A stretch of 63,549 nt of DNA, counting the filler, from Octopus bimaculoides (Eukaryota): assembly GCF_001194135.2 (NCBI RefSeq). It is 6 parts of 5 records of this genome, joined end to end, with 100 filler letters (N's around TTAATTAATTAA, not from the genome) between each part and the next. Parts side by side here need not be neighbours in the genome. Positions count along the whole stretch, not along the records: positions 32,469 to 48,321 come from NC_068982.1; positions 48,422 to 54,151 come from NC_068982.1; 4 more parts are not named here. One strand, written 5' to 3'. The position numbers and the translations under genes were made by a program. Shown here in pieces: positions 39,573-52,521 of this stretch. Numbering within the stretch: the stretch's first letter is position 1; every line of letters begins with the position of its first letter. The notes beneath the pieces are model-generated. The model did not search any database. It was not told the origin of the DNA and was given only the letters and a program-made list of their open reading frames with translations.

Positions 39573-39738
39573 GGCGCAGGCGTGGCTGTGTGATAAGAAG
39601 TTTGCTTCCTAACTACATGGTTCCAGGTTCAGTCTCACTGCATGGCACCTTGATCAAGTGTTTTCTACTACAGCTCCGGGCTTGTGAGTGGATTTAGTTG
39701 ACGGAAACTGAAAAAAAGCACGTTGTATATATGTGTGC

Positions 39739-39817
<79 letters not shown>

Positions 39818-40035
39818 TGTCTTTGTGTCTGTGTTTCTCCACCATCACTTGACAACTGATGTTGGTGTGTTTATGTCCGCGCAACTTAGCGGTTTGGCAA
39901 AAGAGAACGATAAAATAAGTTCTATGCTTACACAAGAGTAAGTTATAAAGTCGATTTATTGGATTGAAAGCCTTTAAGGCGGTGCTCCAGCATGACCGCA
40001 GTCTAATGACTTGAACGTGTAAAAGAATGAAAGAA
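39573..40035 (+). mobile_element. SINE family A with expanded internal (GT)n
   Basis: Head ggcgcaggcgtggctgtgtg, body and tail are collinear with the other copies. Confidence 0.85.
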
Positions 40036-40043
40036 AATATATG

Positions 40044-40078
<35 letters not shown>

Positions 40079-40637
40079 CAATTATATGTAGCAAATAAAT
40101 GATAGGAAGAAAATATTAGTTGAAGTGGCCCTTTATTTTATCGTTGCAATGTAAGATACAACTCGTTATGCACAGATTATTTGCCGTTCTGTTATTCATT
40201 CTATTATAGGTAGTTATGTTCATTTTTGTTGAATACTAGGAGAACGGATAGAAGGAGAGAGAAAAGGTAGAATTTACTTATCTGTGTTGACCAGCAGAAA
40301 GGGTGAAAGTTGCATAGTCACCCACATGAGGTTATTCTTCCGCTGGCGTCAAACGAAAGGAGGTAGAACTGATTTTGGTTTCTGTATTTATAATTTTTCC
40401 TAACTAAATTAGGTCAGGTTAAAGAAAGGATTTTTCGTCTGTTGTCTGCCTTGATCTAAGTTTGACTTGAAATGGTTAGTTGAAGAATAATACTCATCTA
40501 TATGTGACAGCTGACTCTCATAAATGTCTTAGTGCAAATGTCGAGAACAATAGAAAGGAACTTGTAAAAAAAACCTACACGACTTTCAGAATCTTGACTA
40601 AGAATCTAGGTATCTATTCGCCACACACACACACACA

Positions 40638-40695
<58 letters not shown>

Positions 40696-43600
40696 CGTGC
40701 GTGCGCGTATGTGTTTGTTTGCGCGTGTATTTGTCCCACACCACCGCGTACCAACCGCTGCTGGTTTGTTTACATCCCATAACATAGCGGTTCAACAAAA
40801 GAGACGGATAAAATAAGAACCAGGTTTAGAAAAAAAGTATTAGGGTTGATTAAACCCTTCAAGGTTAGCTCCAACATGGCCGCAGTCTAATAACCGAAAC
40901 AAGCAAAGACATATCTATGTTGAAGCTTTATTTTGTTCTTCAACAGCCATAATTTGGTGGCGTTTCTAACTTTACAATTACGAATACCTTCCTTATTTAC
41001 TGATTAGATATATTTCTATAACTTCAATTTAAAAGTCAGTCTAACTCATATTTAGAATGTTTCAATTTTGCATTTGTTCCGAAAGATTCTTAGTGCAAAA
41101 TCGAATGTTGAAATAGATGTCATTGTACCTTAGGAAGGTCATTTTGTCAATAGAAACATACGCACTAGTTATATTTCGCTACTTTTTATTATTATCACCC
41201 AACAAATTTACTAATCAACTATGGAGTAGAGGAGGGTATGTCATTGATCAGGTAATAGATGGTGATTAAAGAACTCTTGTGTATCGATTGATGAATCAAG
41301 CGATTTGAGCCAAATAATTTATTAGTTAATTAGTTAAATATTTAACTGGCTGACTGATAATAATAACAAGACACATGTATTTCCGTTGGCAACATGACCT
41401 TCCTGAAGTACAACATTCTAAATCTATATTAAATTTCTTTCACAGACTTCCATTTTTTTATTTTCTCGTTTTTGTTTTCCAATATGTTTATATAGGCGGT
41501 TTCGAGTTCGGTCTCTACTTTCGGCAAATGCCGAGTTGATCACAGGCTTGTGGACGAAAATTGTGTGGAAGCCTGTCATATATATATATATATATNNNNN
41601 NNNNNNNNNNNNNNNNNNNNNNNNNNNNNNNNNNNNNNNNNNNNNNNNNNNNNNNNNNNNNNNNNNNNNNNNNNNNNNNNNNNNNNNNNNNNNNNNNNNN
41701 NNNNNNNNNNNNNNNNNNNNNNNNNNNNNNNNNNNNNNNNNNNNNNNNNNNNNNNNNNNNNNNNNNNNNNNNNNNNNNNNNNNNNNNNNNNNNNNNNNNC
41801 GTCTGTCTTTGCGTTCTGAGCTGAAATTCCGCCGAGGTCGACTTTACCTTTCATCCTTTCAGGGGTGTCGATAAATTAAGTACCAGTTGCGTACCGGGGT
41901 CGATCTAATCAACTGGCCCCTCCCCCCTAATTTCGGGCCTTGTGCCTAGAGTAGAAACGAATATGTTTATATAGGCGGTTTCGAGTTCGGTCTCTACTTT
42001 CGGCAAATGCCGAGTTGATCACAGGCTTGTGGACGAAAATTGTGTGGAAGCCTGTCATATATATATATATATATATATATATGATACACACGGTATTAGT
42101 TTGTTTACGTCCCTGTCAATTAACGGTTAGGCAAAAGAGGCCGATCGAATGAGTACCAGTATTGGGGGCAACTTTTTCGACTAAAACCTTCAGGCGATGC
42201 CTCAACATGACCGCAGTCCAATAACTGAGACAAGTAAAAGATTCATGTTTGCAATTTCCTCTAGAAAATTTTTGTTACCAGCTCTTGTGTTATCGAACAG
42301 AAACTGCTCTTCTAAATCGGTGCTTAATAAAAATGCTGCTTGTACAAAAACAACGATCTCTTCTTCAGGTGCATGAACAAAACGAAATGATATTAAGGAT
42401 ATAGCCTGGCAGTTCTACCGACTCGTGTGTTTTATTTAGAGAAAAATAACTACAATAAGGATGAAGAAGAGAAAAAGAAAGACAGCGTGGAGAAAAGGAT
42501 AGCGGAGCAAAAACTGATAGATACCGGCATGGTTATGGGATTAAGAAGTTAGTTTTGTAACCACATGGTTTCGGTTTCAGTCCAACTGCACTACACTTTG
42601 GATAAGTGTCTTCTATTATAACTCAGAGCCGACCAATGATTTGTGAGTGAATTAGGTAGATGGAAATTTGTGTAGAAGCCCATCGTATATATGTGTGTTG
42701 TGTGTTTAAATTTGTGAGTGTGTTTGTAGTTTTAAAGACATGTCATTATATTTGTCGTATATTTCTCCGAGAAGGGACTTATAAATATTTCAAAATAATG
42801 TTCAAAAGTGTTAGACAATAGACTGTTAACAATGAAAAGAGATAAAAAAAAAAAACAAGAATATATTCATTTATATATCAAAATCTCATGAATATTTTTT
42901 TCTTTAATCATTAATACAATATTAAACTGTCGTTTTTATGACTTGACTATATTATATTATAACAAATTACATTGTTACTTATTTCTTTTGGAATACCATA
43001 TATTATTAAATAAACCCCAGAGAGAGAGAGAGAGAGTATAAAAACAGAAAGAAAGGGAGAAAGAGAGGGCTAGAAAGAATGTGAGTGAGGGTGGGGGGAA
43101 GAAGGAGGCAAAAGTGAATAAAAATTACAAGAGGTAAGAAAAATAAAGGTAGCAGAAAAATTAGAAGAAAGCAAGATAGACACTTTGAAAAATACTCTAT
43201 TTCCCATTATCGTCTTTATTTTCAATACGTTGCAAATAGGTTTAATGATGATAGATTAGCAAAATTATTAGAGTGTCGGGCTAATGGCTTGTGATATTTG
43301 TTCTGGTTTTTACATTCAGAGTTCCAGTAAAAATTAACCGAGTAATAATTAATCAAGGTCTAGTTCCAATTATCCCTTAATAATTATTAAGTTAGAGAAA
43401 AGTAAGACGAAATAAGGTTGAATAGGCAAAGACGGAAGATGAATATAACCTCCCGGCACACTTCCCTAAAAATTCTAGGATACTGAAATTTTAACATAAA
43501 ACCTATTCTATTTGCTGGGGAATCTAATTAATAATTCATTACGTCCATTTATGAGACTATCTTTATGTTTCAGAATGTCTAATGCCTCTTATAAACATAT

Positions 43601-44416
43601 AGTGCACTCACTTTCACGACCCCTTGTAGGCTGTTCTTAAAACGGACCAAGATATTTCGTAGGCTCTTTTCTGCTTTTGAAATCTATAATAATGATGTTT
43701 AATAACTACATTAAAACCTTACTTATTCGTTTCACTTATTTAGGAGGTAAAGATTTATTTTGTGCATTTCTGGCTTCATTTTCTTTCTTTTTCAATCCTG
43801 CAGTATATATTCTTAGAGCAAAAGGCTACTGTAATGTAACCAACAATGAATTGTATGTATGTATGTCCTTATTCAGTTTATTTCAAGATTTCTTACCGAT
43901 AGATAAATAACCGATTTCTCACCTTGATCCATTGGAATTTCAACATCAACAACAGGGTATTTTTGTATGTATGTATGTATGTGCAGATTTGTATGTGTNN
44001 NNNNNNNNTCATGCATATAGTTGCATATCTAGACATGCTCATATATGCCTAAATGATAAACTTCTGGAAAGTTTTACTGATTTTTATAGTTCCAGTATCT
44101 GTAGTCTTCGAATTATATGTTAATATTAGAGATATATTAATTAACATTGATTGGAAAATCATTAAATCAATTTTTATTATAAAAGTCATACAGTTGATAG
44201 AATCAGTTCCAGAATATTACTAGTAATTATTTTCTCGACACTGGATTTATATGCAAAACGTCGAAACAAAAGACTGTAATATAAGTTTTTGTTCTCTCAA
44301 CAATCCCAATTGTTGTAGGGAGGTTGAAAATTTACGATACTAAAAGAATAGATCATGTAAATTCGGTATACATTAAGAGTAATCGCACATGCACACACGC
44401 ACACGCGCACGCACGC

Positions 44417-44504
<88 letters not shown>

Positions 44505-45725
44505 ATTAAAAAAGATATGAGCTCCTATTACACCAGTACAAGTACATACACAAACAACTACTTATATGCACACATTCACATTCACACACATATTCGCAAA
44601 AGCCTGGAACTATTAATTTACATTCCAAATTTCTTCACCTTTCAGCTTCTCGAATGATTCCATATATAAGCTTTATTAGATTCGGTATCAATAACACTCT
44701 TTTGAAAATCCTTAAGTGCACCAGTAAAGTGGCTTCAATCGAGAAATGAATCCGTGTCGTCATCTCAGCATGAAGGGATTTCGTTTTAGTTTCATAGGCT
44801 CGTCAAACAGAAGATTATCCTTTGTAGAGATGAAGCACAGTTGAACCTAATGTATCACTCGTACTTATCTTATTGATCCAAGATGGATGAAAGATAAAGC
44901 AAAAACCGACTGGATCTAAACTCAGAAGTCTGATAGATTAATACTGTAGAACATAAAATGCTGAAAGGTATCTAGTTCGGCGTTCTAACCATTCTGTTAA
45001 CATCACATCCTAGTTGCAGCAGTAACAGCGTTAATTCCCTTCTCTTTTGCCTATTAACATATGTACAAGAAATGAGAATATTACCATGACACCGATGAAA
45101 AAGATTAAAAGTGAAATTGTAAACAGTGATCTCTATAGTGATGTCTATACTGACAAAGCTGCCTCATACACAACGACTGAAAATAAATTGTCACTGACCT
45201 GTCTCTATCGATTCTATACTTTATGTGCACTGCTGTTAATCTTGTATATCTATACAATAGTGAAGAGAACAGTGCAGAAGATTAATAGAGACAAACCTAC
45301 ATAATAAAAAGGATATAGGAATTAACACTGCGGTAGTTTATCATTTATCATAACATACATCACTGAACATTGATGTCTTTTAAGGCTGCTATAGACAGCG
45401 TGATTTCTTACATAACCATCAAGTTCTGTTATATAAGCAACAATCATGAGAAATTGATAAATTACATATTATTTCTTTAAAAGAATCAGACTTGTTATTC
45501 GGAAATTTTGATCGCAGCATCTCTCTACTACCTTTATATTTGCTAAAAGAAGTTCGTTCAGTTCATCAGGGCAGGCAGTATATNNNNNNNNNNNNNNNNN
45601 NNNNNNNNNNNNNNNNNNNNNNNNNNNNNNNNNNNNNNNNNNNNNNNNNNNNNNNNNNNNNNNNNNNNNNNNNNNNNNNNNNNNNNNNNNNNNNNNNNNN
45701 NNNNNNNNNNNNNNNNNNNNNNNNN

Positions 45726-45802
<77 letters not shown>

Positions 45803-46075
45803 CAGGTCGTCGTCAACTTACGACCTATCCGACTTACGACCGATCGACTTTACGACGATTGGCGTCAGCTAACAAACGCTTACCCTAGGTTTGGTTATCG
45901 ATCGCCACTTTGGTTATCCCAACTGTTGGATGAATATCCTGTCACGGAGACATTGTTTATAAGACGACTGTTTGAGACTCCGAAATTTTTGACTAATGCC
46001 AGGTTCGATAGAGCGCGACTCTTCTGGTGATTCTGTGTCTTGACTTTGATATTTTTTCAAAAGATATCCCCTAAA

Positions 46076-48135
46076 ATGTCTACAAAAAGAAAATTGTCTT
46101 CAACTGCTCCTGAAACTGCCAAGAAGCTAAGAAAGTCCATCGACCTCGACACAAAAATGATGGTGATTAGACAGCACAAACAAGGAAAGAAAGTGAATGA
46201 GATTGCACGTGAACTGAAGTTATCACACTCTACTGTTTCAACAATTTTGAAGGATAAAGAAAGGATTCGTGAAGCTGTGAAAGGTTCAGCACCCATGCAA
46301 TCTACAGTTATAACAAAGCAGCGGACTGGGTCTATCCACGAAATAGAAAAATTACTACAAATTTTAATTGAAAACCAGATCCAAAAACGGACACCGTTAA
46401 GTCTTTTTACTGTGCAGTCGGAGGCCAGAAGTCTATTTCAGACTCTAAAGGAGAGTTCCAAAGAAGGATACAGTCAAGGATTTTTAGCAAGTACTGACTC
46501 GTTCAAAAGATTTAAAGAAAGATTCCAACTTCATAATGTTCGAGTGACTGGAGAAGCGGCGATTGCAGACGAGGAAGCAGCTGGAAAGTTGTTTTAGCTA
46601 TTTGAACGAAATTACAGATGAAGACTATCTAGCAGAGCAGATTTTTAACTTGGATGAAACAAAAGTGTTTTGGAAACGCATGCCAGCACGCACTAACATC
46701 AACAAAGAAGCCAAATGCATGTCTAGATTTAATGCATTTAAGTACAGGCTGACTCTGCTGCTTGGCGGGAACTTCGCAGGGTTTAATCTGAAACCTTTCT
46801 TAATTTTACGGAGATGTACTTGCATAGCAAGTGACTTGATCTGAGATCGTGTACTGAAGCAAAAATAATTGCAGCGTAGAAACACATAAAAACCGTTAGA
46901 TTCACTTCAACATTTAAATTTGTCAAAATATTTTCGTCGCTTTCAAACCACTGACAAAATTCCGTGCTGAGATGCAGCACGGAAAAGCGACGAAAATATT
47001 TTGACAAATTAAATTTAAATGTTGAAGTGAATCTAACGGTTTTTGTGCATTTTTAAATGACTTATAAACACCTTCCACGCTGCAATTACTTTCTTAATTT
47101 ACCACTCAGAAAATCCGCGTGCGTTCAAGAATTTAGATAAGTACCAGACTAAAACATGGACGACACACTGTTTGAAGACTGGTTTCTAAATTGTTTTATT
47201 CCTCAAGTTCGTGGATATTGTTTGGAGAGAGGGACTCCTTTCAAGATTTTATTGCTTCTGGATAATGCGCCTGGACATCCATCTCATTTATCGCATCTTC
47301 ATCCCGACGTGAATGTGATGTTTTTTCCGTCGAACACGACTCCACTCATCCAGCCAATGGATCAAGGTTCGATTGCTACACTGAAGGCTATCTTCGAACC
47401 ACCTTCGCTCAAGCCATAGCCGCCGTCCAAGAACTATTACTGCAAGAATTTTGGAAAAAGTACAATATTCTGACGTGTATCAAGAATATCGTTACCACTT
47501 GGGAGGCTGTGACAAAGAAATGCATGAAAGGCATCTGGAAAAATTGCATTGGAAAACGCTTTGTTGACACACTTGATGGATTTATAAGTGAACATGAACT
47601 TGAAATGATTCACGGGAAAGTAGTAAAACTGGCTAAAGACCTTCCTTTGGAGCGTAAAGTGAAAGTTATCGAAGATTCGCTAGACCAAGAATCCGAAGAA
47701 CTTACAAATGAAGAGCTTATTGAATTGGTAAAAGAATACATGGAGGAAGAAAGGAGGGAAGTAGAGAAAGAAGAGGAGGTACCAGAAAGGAGTTTCACTA
47801 CAAAAGGATTATCAGAAAATTTTTTTCAACTGAATAAACCTCTTGCACACTTTGAAGCAATGGACCCAAACATCGAACGATTTGCAAGGACTGAACGGAT
47901 GGAACATGATGTGTTTCGTCCGTATAATGAAATTTATGAAGAGAAAAAGACACAAACAATTCAGACAAGGCTTGACATGTCTATCAAAAAAACCAACTCC
48001 GACTACTACAACTGTTTCCTCAGCAAACGACATCAAAGATCCACAGCCAAGCACCAGTCTACAATAAATTTTTATGTGAGTATTGCGACTGTTTCTTACA
48101 TTACATTGTGTATTTCTCGTATTTGCATTCTTTGA
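46076..48135 (+). pseudogene. Tigger (TIGD1-like) transposase pseudogene, frameshifted and interrupted
   Basis: ORF pieces 46076-46597 (CENP-B-type HTH region), 46563-46844 (EQIFNLDETKVFWKRMP), 47156-47419 (LLLLDNAPGH...PLIQPMDQG, 32 aa between D2 and D3) and 47509-48135 (acidic C-terminus). The KPFLI|YHSENPRAFKN motif is split by an insertion. Confidence 0.92.
46807..47088. mobile_element. 282-bp unclassified palindromic insertion inside the Tigger transposase
   Basis: Exact 12-bp direct repeat ctttcttaattt at 46795-46806 and 47089-47100. Removing the insert plus one copy restores aaa cct ttc tta att tac cac tca gaa aat ccg (KPFLIYHSENP). Confidence 0.85.
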
Positions 48136-48881
48136 TACTTTTCTATGAACAAATAACACTGTTGTAGTATAATACAGAATGCTGTGTGTGACTTTTACCT
48201 GAGAATGTACCGTAAGAATGTAAAAATACGAAACAAAGCTAAGTAGGCCTACAGGCCGACTTACGATCAATCAGTCGGAACCAATTGTGATCGTAAGTCA
48301 ATGACAACCTATATATATATANNNNNNNNNNNNNNNNNNNNNNNNNNNNNNNNNNNNNNNNNNNNTTAATTAATTAANNNNNNNNNNNNNNNNNNNNNNN
48401 NNNNNNNNNNNNNNNNNNNNNTCTCTCTCCTTCTGTTTCTTTGCTTTCTCCTGTGTCACTGTAAGCATACAAATGACAATTGCGTTAATACTCAAATGGA
48501 ATTAAATAAAAAGCATCGTAAAAAATCGAGACAAGAAATTGTCAAATTGATGAATTTGCGCAAAACATTGTAAAAATGTAAAACCTTCAGGAAAAATTCC
48601 AAAATATCTTGATGCTAACATTTCATAATAATCTAACTAGATTTTATTTTGTTTCTATGTTTAATATTTCCATTTCTTAAAACCTAGTTCATTTATAAAT
48701 TATTTAAACGGAACAATTTTTTGTCGGAGATATATACGTATGTGTGATTATATGTGTGTGTGTGTGTGCATGTATGTGCGTGTGTGTTCGTGTGTGTGTG
48801 TGTGCGTGCGTGTGTGCGTATGTGCGTGCGTGTGTGCGTGTGTGTGTGCATATATATATATATATGAGCGTCTGTGTGTGT

Positions 48882-48916
<35 letters not shown>

Positions 48917-49791
48917 GTTAGAAGTTTGCTTCCCAACCGCCTGGTTCCAGTTTCAGTCCCACTGGATGGCACCTTGGGGAAATGTCTTCTATCATAGATT
49001 TAAGTCGCCGAGTGGACTTGGCAGACGGACTATATANNNNNNNNNNNNNNNNNNNNNNNNNNNNNNNNNNNNNNNNNNNNNNNNNNNNNNNNNNNNNNNN
49101 NNNNNNNNNNNNNNNNNNNNNNNNNNNNNNNNNNNNNNNNNNNNNNNNNNNNNNNNNNNNNNNNNNNNNNNNNNNNNNNNNNNNNNNNNNNNNNNNNNNN
49201 NNNNNNNNNNNNNNNNNNNNNNNNNNNNNNNNNNNNNNNNNNNNNNNNNNNNNNNNNNNNNNNNNNNNNNNNNNNNNNNNNNNNNNNNNNNNNNNNNNNN
49301 NNNNNNNNNNNNNNNNNNNNNNNNNNNNNNNNNNNNNNNNNNNNNNNNNNNNNNNNNNNNNNNNNNNNNNNNNNNNNNNNNNNNNNNNNNNNNNNNNNNN
49401 NNNNNNNNNNNNNNNNNNNNNNNNNNNNNNNNNNNNNNNNNNNNNNNNNNNNNNNNNNNNNNNNNNNNNNNNNNNNNNNNNNNNNNNNNNNNNNNNNNNN
49501 NNNNNNNNNNNNNNNNNNNNNNNNNNNNNNNNNNNNNNNNNNNNNNNNNNNNNNNNNNNNNNNNNNNNNNNNNNNNNNNNNNNNNNNNNNNNNNNNNNNN
49601 NNNNNNNNNNNNNNNNNNNNNNNNNNNNNNNNNNNNNNNNNNNNNNNNNNNNNNNNNNNNNNNNNNNNNNNNNNNNNNNNNNNNNNNNNNNNNNNNNNNN
49701 NNNNNNNNNNNNNNNNNNNNNNNNNNNNNNNNNNNNNNNNNNNNNNNNNNNNNNNNNNNNNNNNNNNNNNNNNTATATATTAATAGGTTAG

Positions 49792-49852
49792 TCCTCTATT
49801 GCAATTTCGAAGTTAGGAACCAAAAGTGGATGCATTCTTCTCTTCAGGTGAA
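49792..49852 (-). ncRNA. Minimal type-I hammerhead ribozyme, complete core, one helix I mismatch
   Basis: Minus strand reads UUCAC-CUGAAGA-GAAG...CUUC-GAAA-UUGCAA-UA|GAGGA. Helix II is 4 bp, helix III is the palindrome AUUGCAAU, the triplet is AUA, and helix I has an A.A mismatch. Confidence 0.7.
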
Positions 49853-50309
49853 CATTCCTGTACAACACAAAAAACATACCTTGGGGTTTAACATATGTCC
49901 CGACCGGCCAGAATAAAGTGTTAACGTCTATCTACACAATTCAAATTCTCAATTCAAGCGTCATCCACTGCGAAGAACCGGATATGAATGAAAAGTAAAT
50001 AATATAAGAGGAAGGATTGCAAAAATACATTACGCAGCATATATTGTAGACAATTCAAAATTATCTATGAAATGCAATCAGAATTTCAACGGAGAGGGCT
50101 AAAAACCCTTGCATGCCTAGAAATAGCAGTCAAAACCACCATAAAGCCACTACAATCACTCATATCATTTCTCCTCATTTTTGATTGCATGTTCTAGCCA
50201 CTGATATATTCGTGGCTAAATTGGAATTGTCTACAATATATCCTGCGTAACGTATTTTTGAATTCCTCCCTCTTCCACACATACACACACACGAAGACAC
50301 AGGCCTGGC

Positions 50310-50683
50310 AGGATGATTCAGAACAATGTTTCACAAGCTCATAGTCCTGGGTTCAGTCCCATTGCGCGGCACCTTGGGAAAAGCGTCTTGTACAATAGCC
50401 CCGGGCCAACCAATGCCTTGTGAGTGTTGTTGGAAGACGGAAACTATAAAAAGATAAATAAATATGGCAATTTTGTATACATGTATACATCTGTGTTTGT
50501 CCCGCACCACTACTTGACAGCCGGTGTTAATTGTTTACGTCTACTCAATCTAGCGCTTCGGCAAATGCATCCGATAGAATAAATACCAGAGTTAAAAATA
50601 AGCTCTAGGGTCGAATTGGTTGCCAAAATCTTTTCATAGTGAAGCCCCAGCATGGTCACAGTCCAATGATTGAATCGAATAAG
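50310..50683 (+). mobile_element. Diverged SINE family A whose tail was hit by an RTE insertion
   Basis: gggttcagtcccattgcgcggcaccttggg...cagcatggtcacagtccaatga. The tail resumes after 51055. Confidence 0.7.
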
Positions 50684-51054
50684 CCTTCTTCTTTCTTTCT
50701 TGCCTTTAACCTTCCAACGCGGAGTTTAGGCCGCTTATAATTGAATTCCATGTCGCATAATTTTTCGCTTCTGTACTTATACTCTGCCATGAATGTCCCC
50801 CTTTCTCTAGTTCCTTTTGTGTTGATCTACGCCACGAGTTCTTAGGCCTACCCCTCTTTCTATATCCATCCGGATTCCACTGTAAAGCATTTTTCGCTAC
50901 ATTTGGTGTGTCCTTTCTAATTGTGCTACCAATCCACTTCCACTTTTTCTTAAATATTTGCTCCCTAATCGAAACTTGATTCGTTCTTTGCCATAGCTCC
51001 ATATTGCTTATGCGTTCTGGCCATCTGATTTTAAGTATACTACGCAAGCACCCG
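50684..51054 (-). mobile_element. 5'-truncated RTE-clade LINE (RT C-terminus plus short AAGA-type tail)
   Basis: ORF 50706-51047 contains CLRSILKIRWPERISNMELWQRTNQ...KWKWIG..IRK...ALQWNPDGYRKRGRPKNSWRR, a typical RTE C-terminus. It is flanked by ttgaatcgaataag (50670-50683) and ttgaatcaagtaag (51055-51068), 12/14 identical. Confidence 0.88.
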
Positions 51055-51638
51055 TTGAATCAAGTAAGTGATAAAAAAAAAAACATGTTGATTCTTTCAG
51101 TCGTCTTATCTTCCAGTATGATTCTCTATTATGTTGTCTTCATTCCACAAGGGTTCATCACTAGCCTTTTCCTTCGCCTTTACATATGATCACAAATGTT
51201 CAATTTTTCTGTCTCTCTACAGATTATGAACAAATATCTGAAGACTGATGTGTTACAACAGCCGAAACCTTGTGACTATAGAGATGAGGACACAAGGTTG
51301 AAAATATCAATGTATAATAATGATTTCAAATTTTTGGCATAAGACCAGCATGCTTGCGGTAGGGGCCAATGCTCAACTGGGATTTATTTCATCGACCCGG
51401 AAAGGATGTAAGGCAAAGCCGGACTTGCCAGAATTTGAACTCAGAATGTTAAAGACGGACGAAATGACATTACGCATTTTGCCTGGCGAGCTAACGATTC
51501 TGCCAGCTCGACACCTTTTATAATAATCCTTTCTAATATAGGCACATGGCCTGAAATTTTGGGGAAGGGAGTTACTCGATAAAATTAATACTAGTGCTCA
51601 ACTGGTACTTATTTTATCGATTCCGAAACAGTATAAGG

Positions 51639-51899
51639 TAATGGTTCCCAAAGTCGGCGGTATTCTTCCCCCCACCCCCGGAGACAATAGAAAGTTCGAA
51701 GAAAAGTGGGGCGATAATGGGGTAGCAATTCATGTAAAAACAACGGGTTCATTAGGTTAAGTTATATTTGTGAAATACAGTTGCTTTGAATTTGCTCCAG
51801 GAAGAGGTCTGTGTTTGCGATGGTTAGTTGGGATGGGGGCGCTAGGAATGTGGCTGGGTGTCAAGGGGGCGGCATCCCCCAAAAGTTTGGGAACCACTG
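51639..51899. mobile_element. hAT (Charlie-like) MITE nested in a SINE
   Basis: Termini are taatggttcccaaa and tttgggaaccactg. The 8-bp TSD is gtataagg/atataagg (7/8). The flanks rejoin into a continuous SINE-B sequence. Confidence 0.8.
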
Positions 51900-52026
51900 A
51901 TATAAGGCAAAGTCAACCACGGTGGAATTTGAATTCAGAATGTAAAGACGGACAAAATGCTGCTAACGATTCTGCCAGCACGCCGCCTAGTATAATAATG
52001 ACAATCTAACAAATACAAACACACAC

Positions 52027-52084
<58 letters not shown>

Positions 52085-52487
52085 GTGTGTCTGTGTCTAT
52101 GTGTCTGTGTGTGTGTATGTTGTTGTTGTTGTCAAATTTATAAATGTTTACTCTGACTTTAAAGTATATGTGTTTGATATACTTTATAAAACACATATAC
52201 TTTATCTTTGATAATTCACTTTCCAATCTGTTTATTTATCTACTACATATCTACCTATGTATTTGTTGTACATGTATACGCGCACGATTATCTGGTTTTT
52301 CTCTATAGAAAAATATGTTAAACATACTCTTTGCTCTATACGTAATTTTCCCGCCTTTTTCATTCCTCTCTGTCGCCGTCTTTATCAAACACTGTCTACT
52401 TCTGTCTTTCTCTCGCACTTCCCATCACTATCTTTTCTCTCTTTTTCTCTCCATTCCACACACTCTCTCTTTATCTCTCTCTCTTTT

Positions 52488-52521
<34 letters not shown>

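Larger units (their letters stand above)
45803..48311 (+). mobile_element. Full-length degenerate Tigger/pogo-family DNA transposon (Tc1/mariner superfamily), about 2.5 kb
   Basis: Left TIR caggtcgtcgtcaacttacgacc (45803-45825) matches the reverse complement of 48289-48311 at 17/23, all mismatches transitions. TA lies on both sides (45801-45802, 48312-48313). An internal broken transposase is present. Confidence 0.92.

Noticed and set aside
45047-45304. 85-aa ORF as a host exon
   Set aside because: No recognisable domain and no convincing splice pair.
51199-51300. Polypyrimidine tract plus CAG as a splice acceptor
   Set aside because: No good donor, and the downstream frame runs into a SINE.
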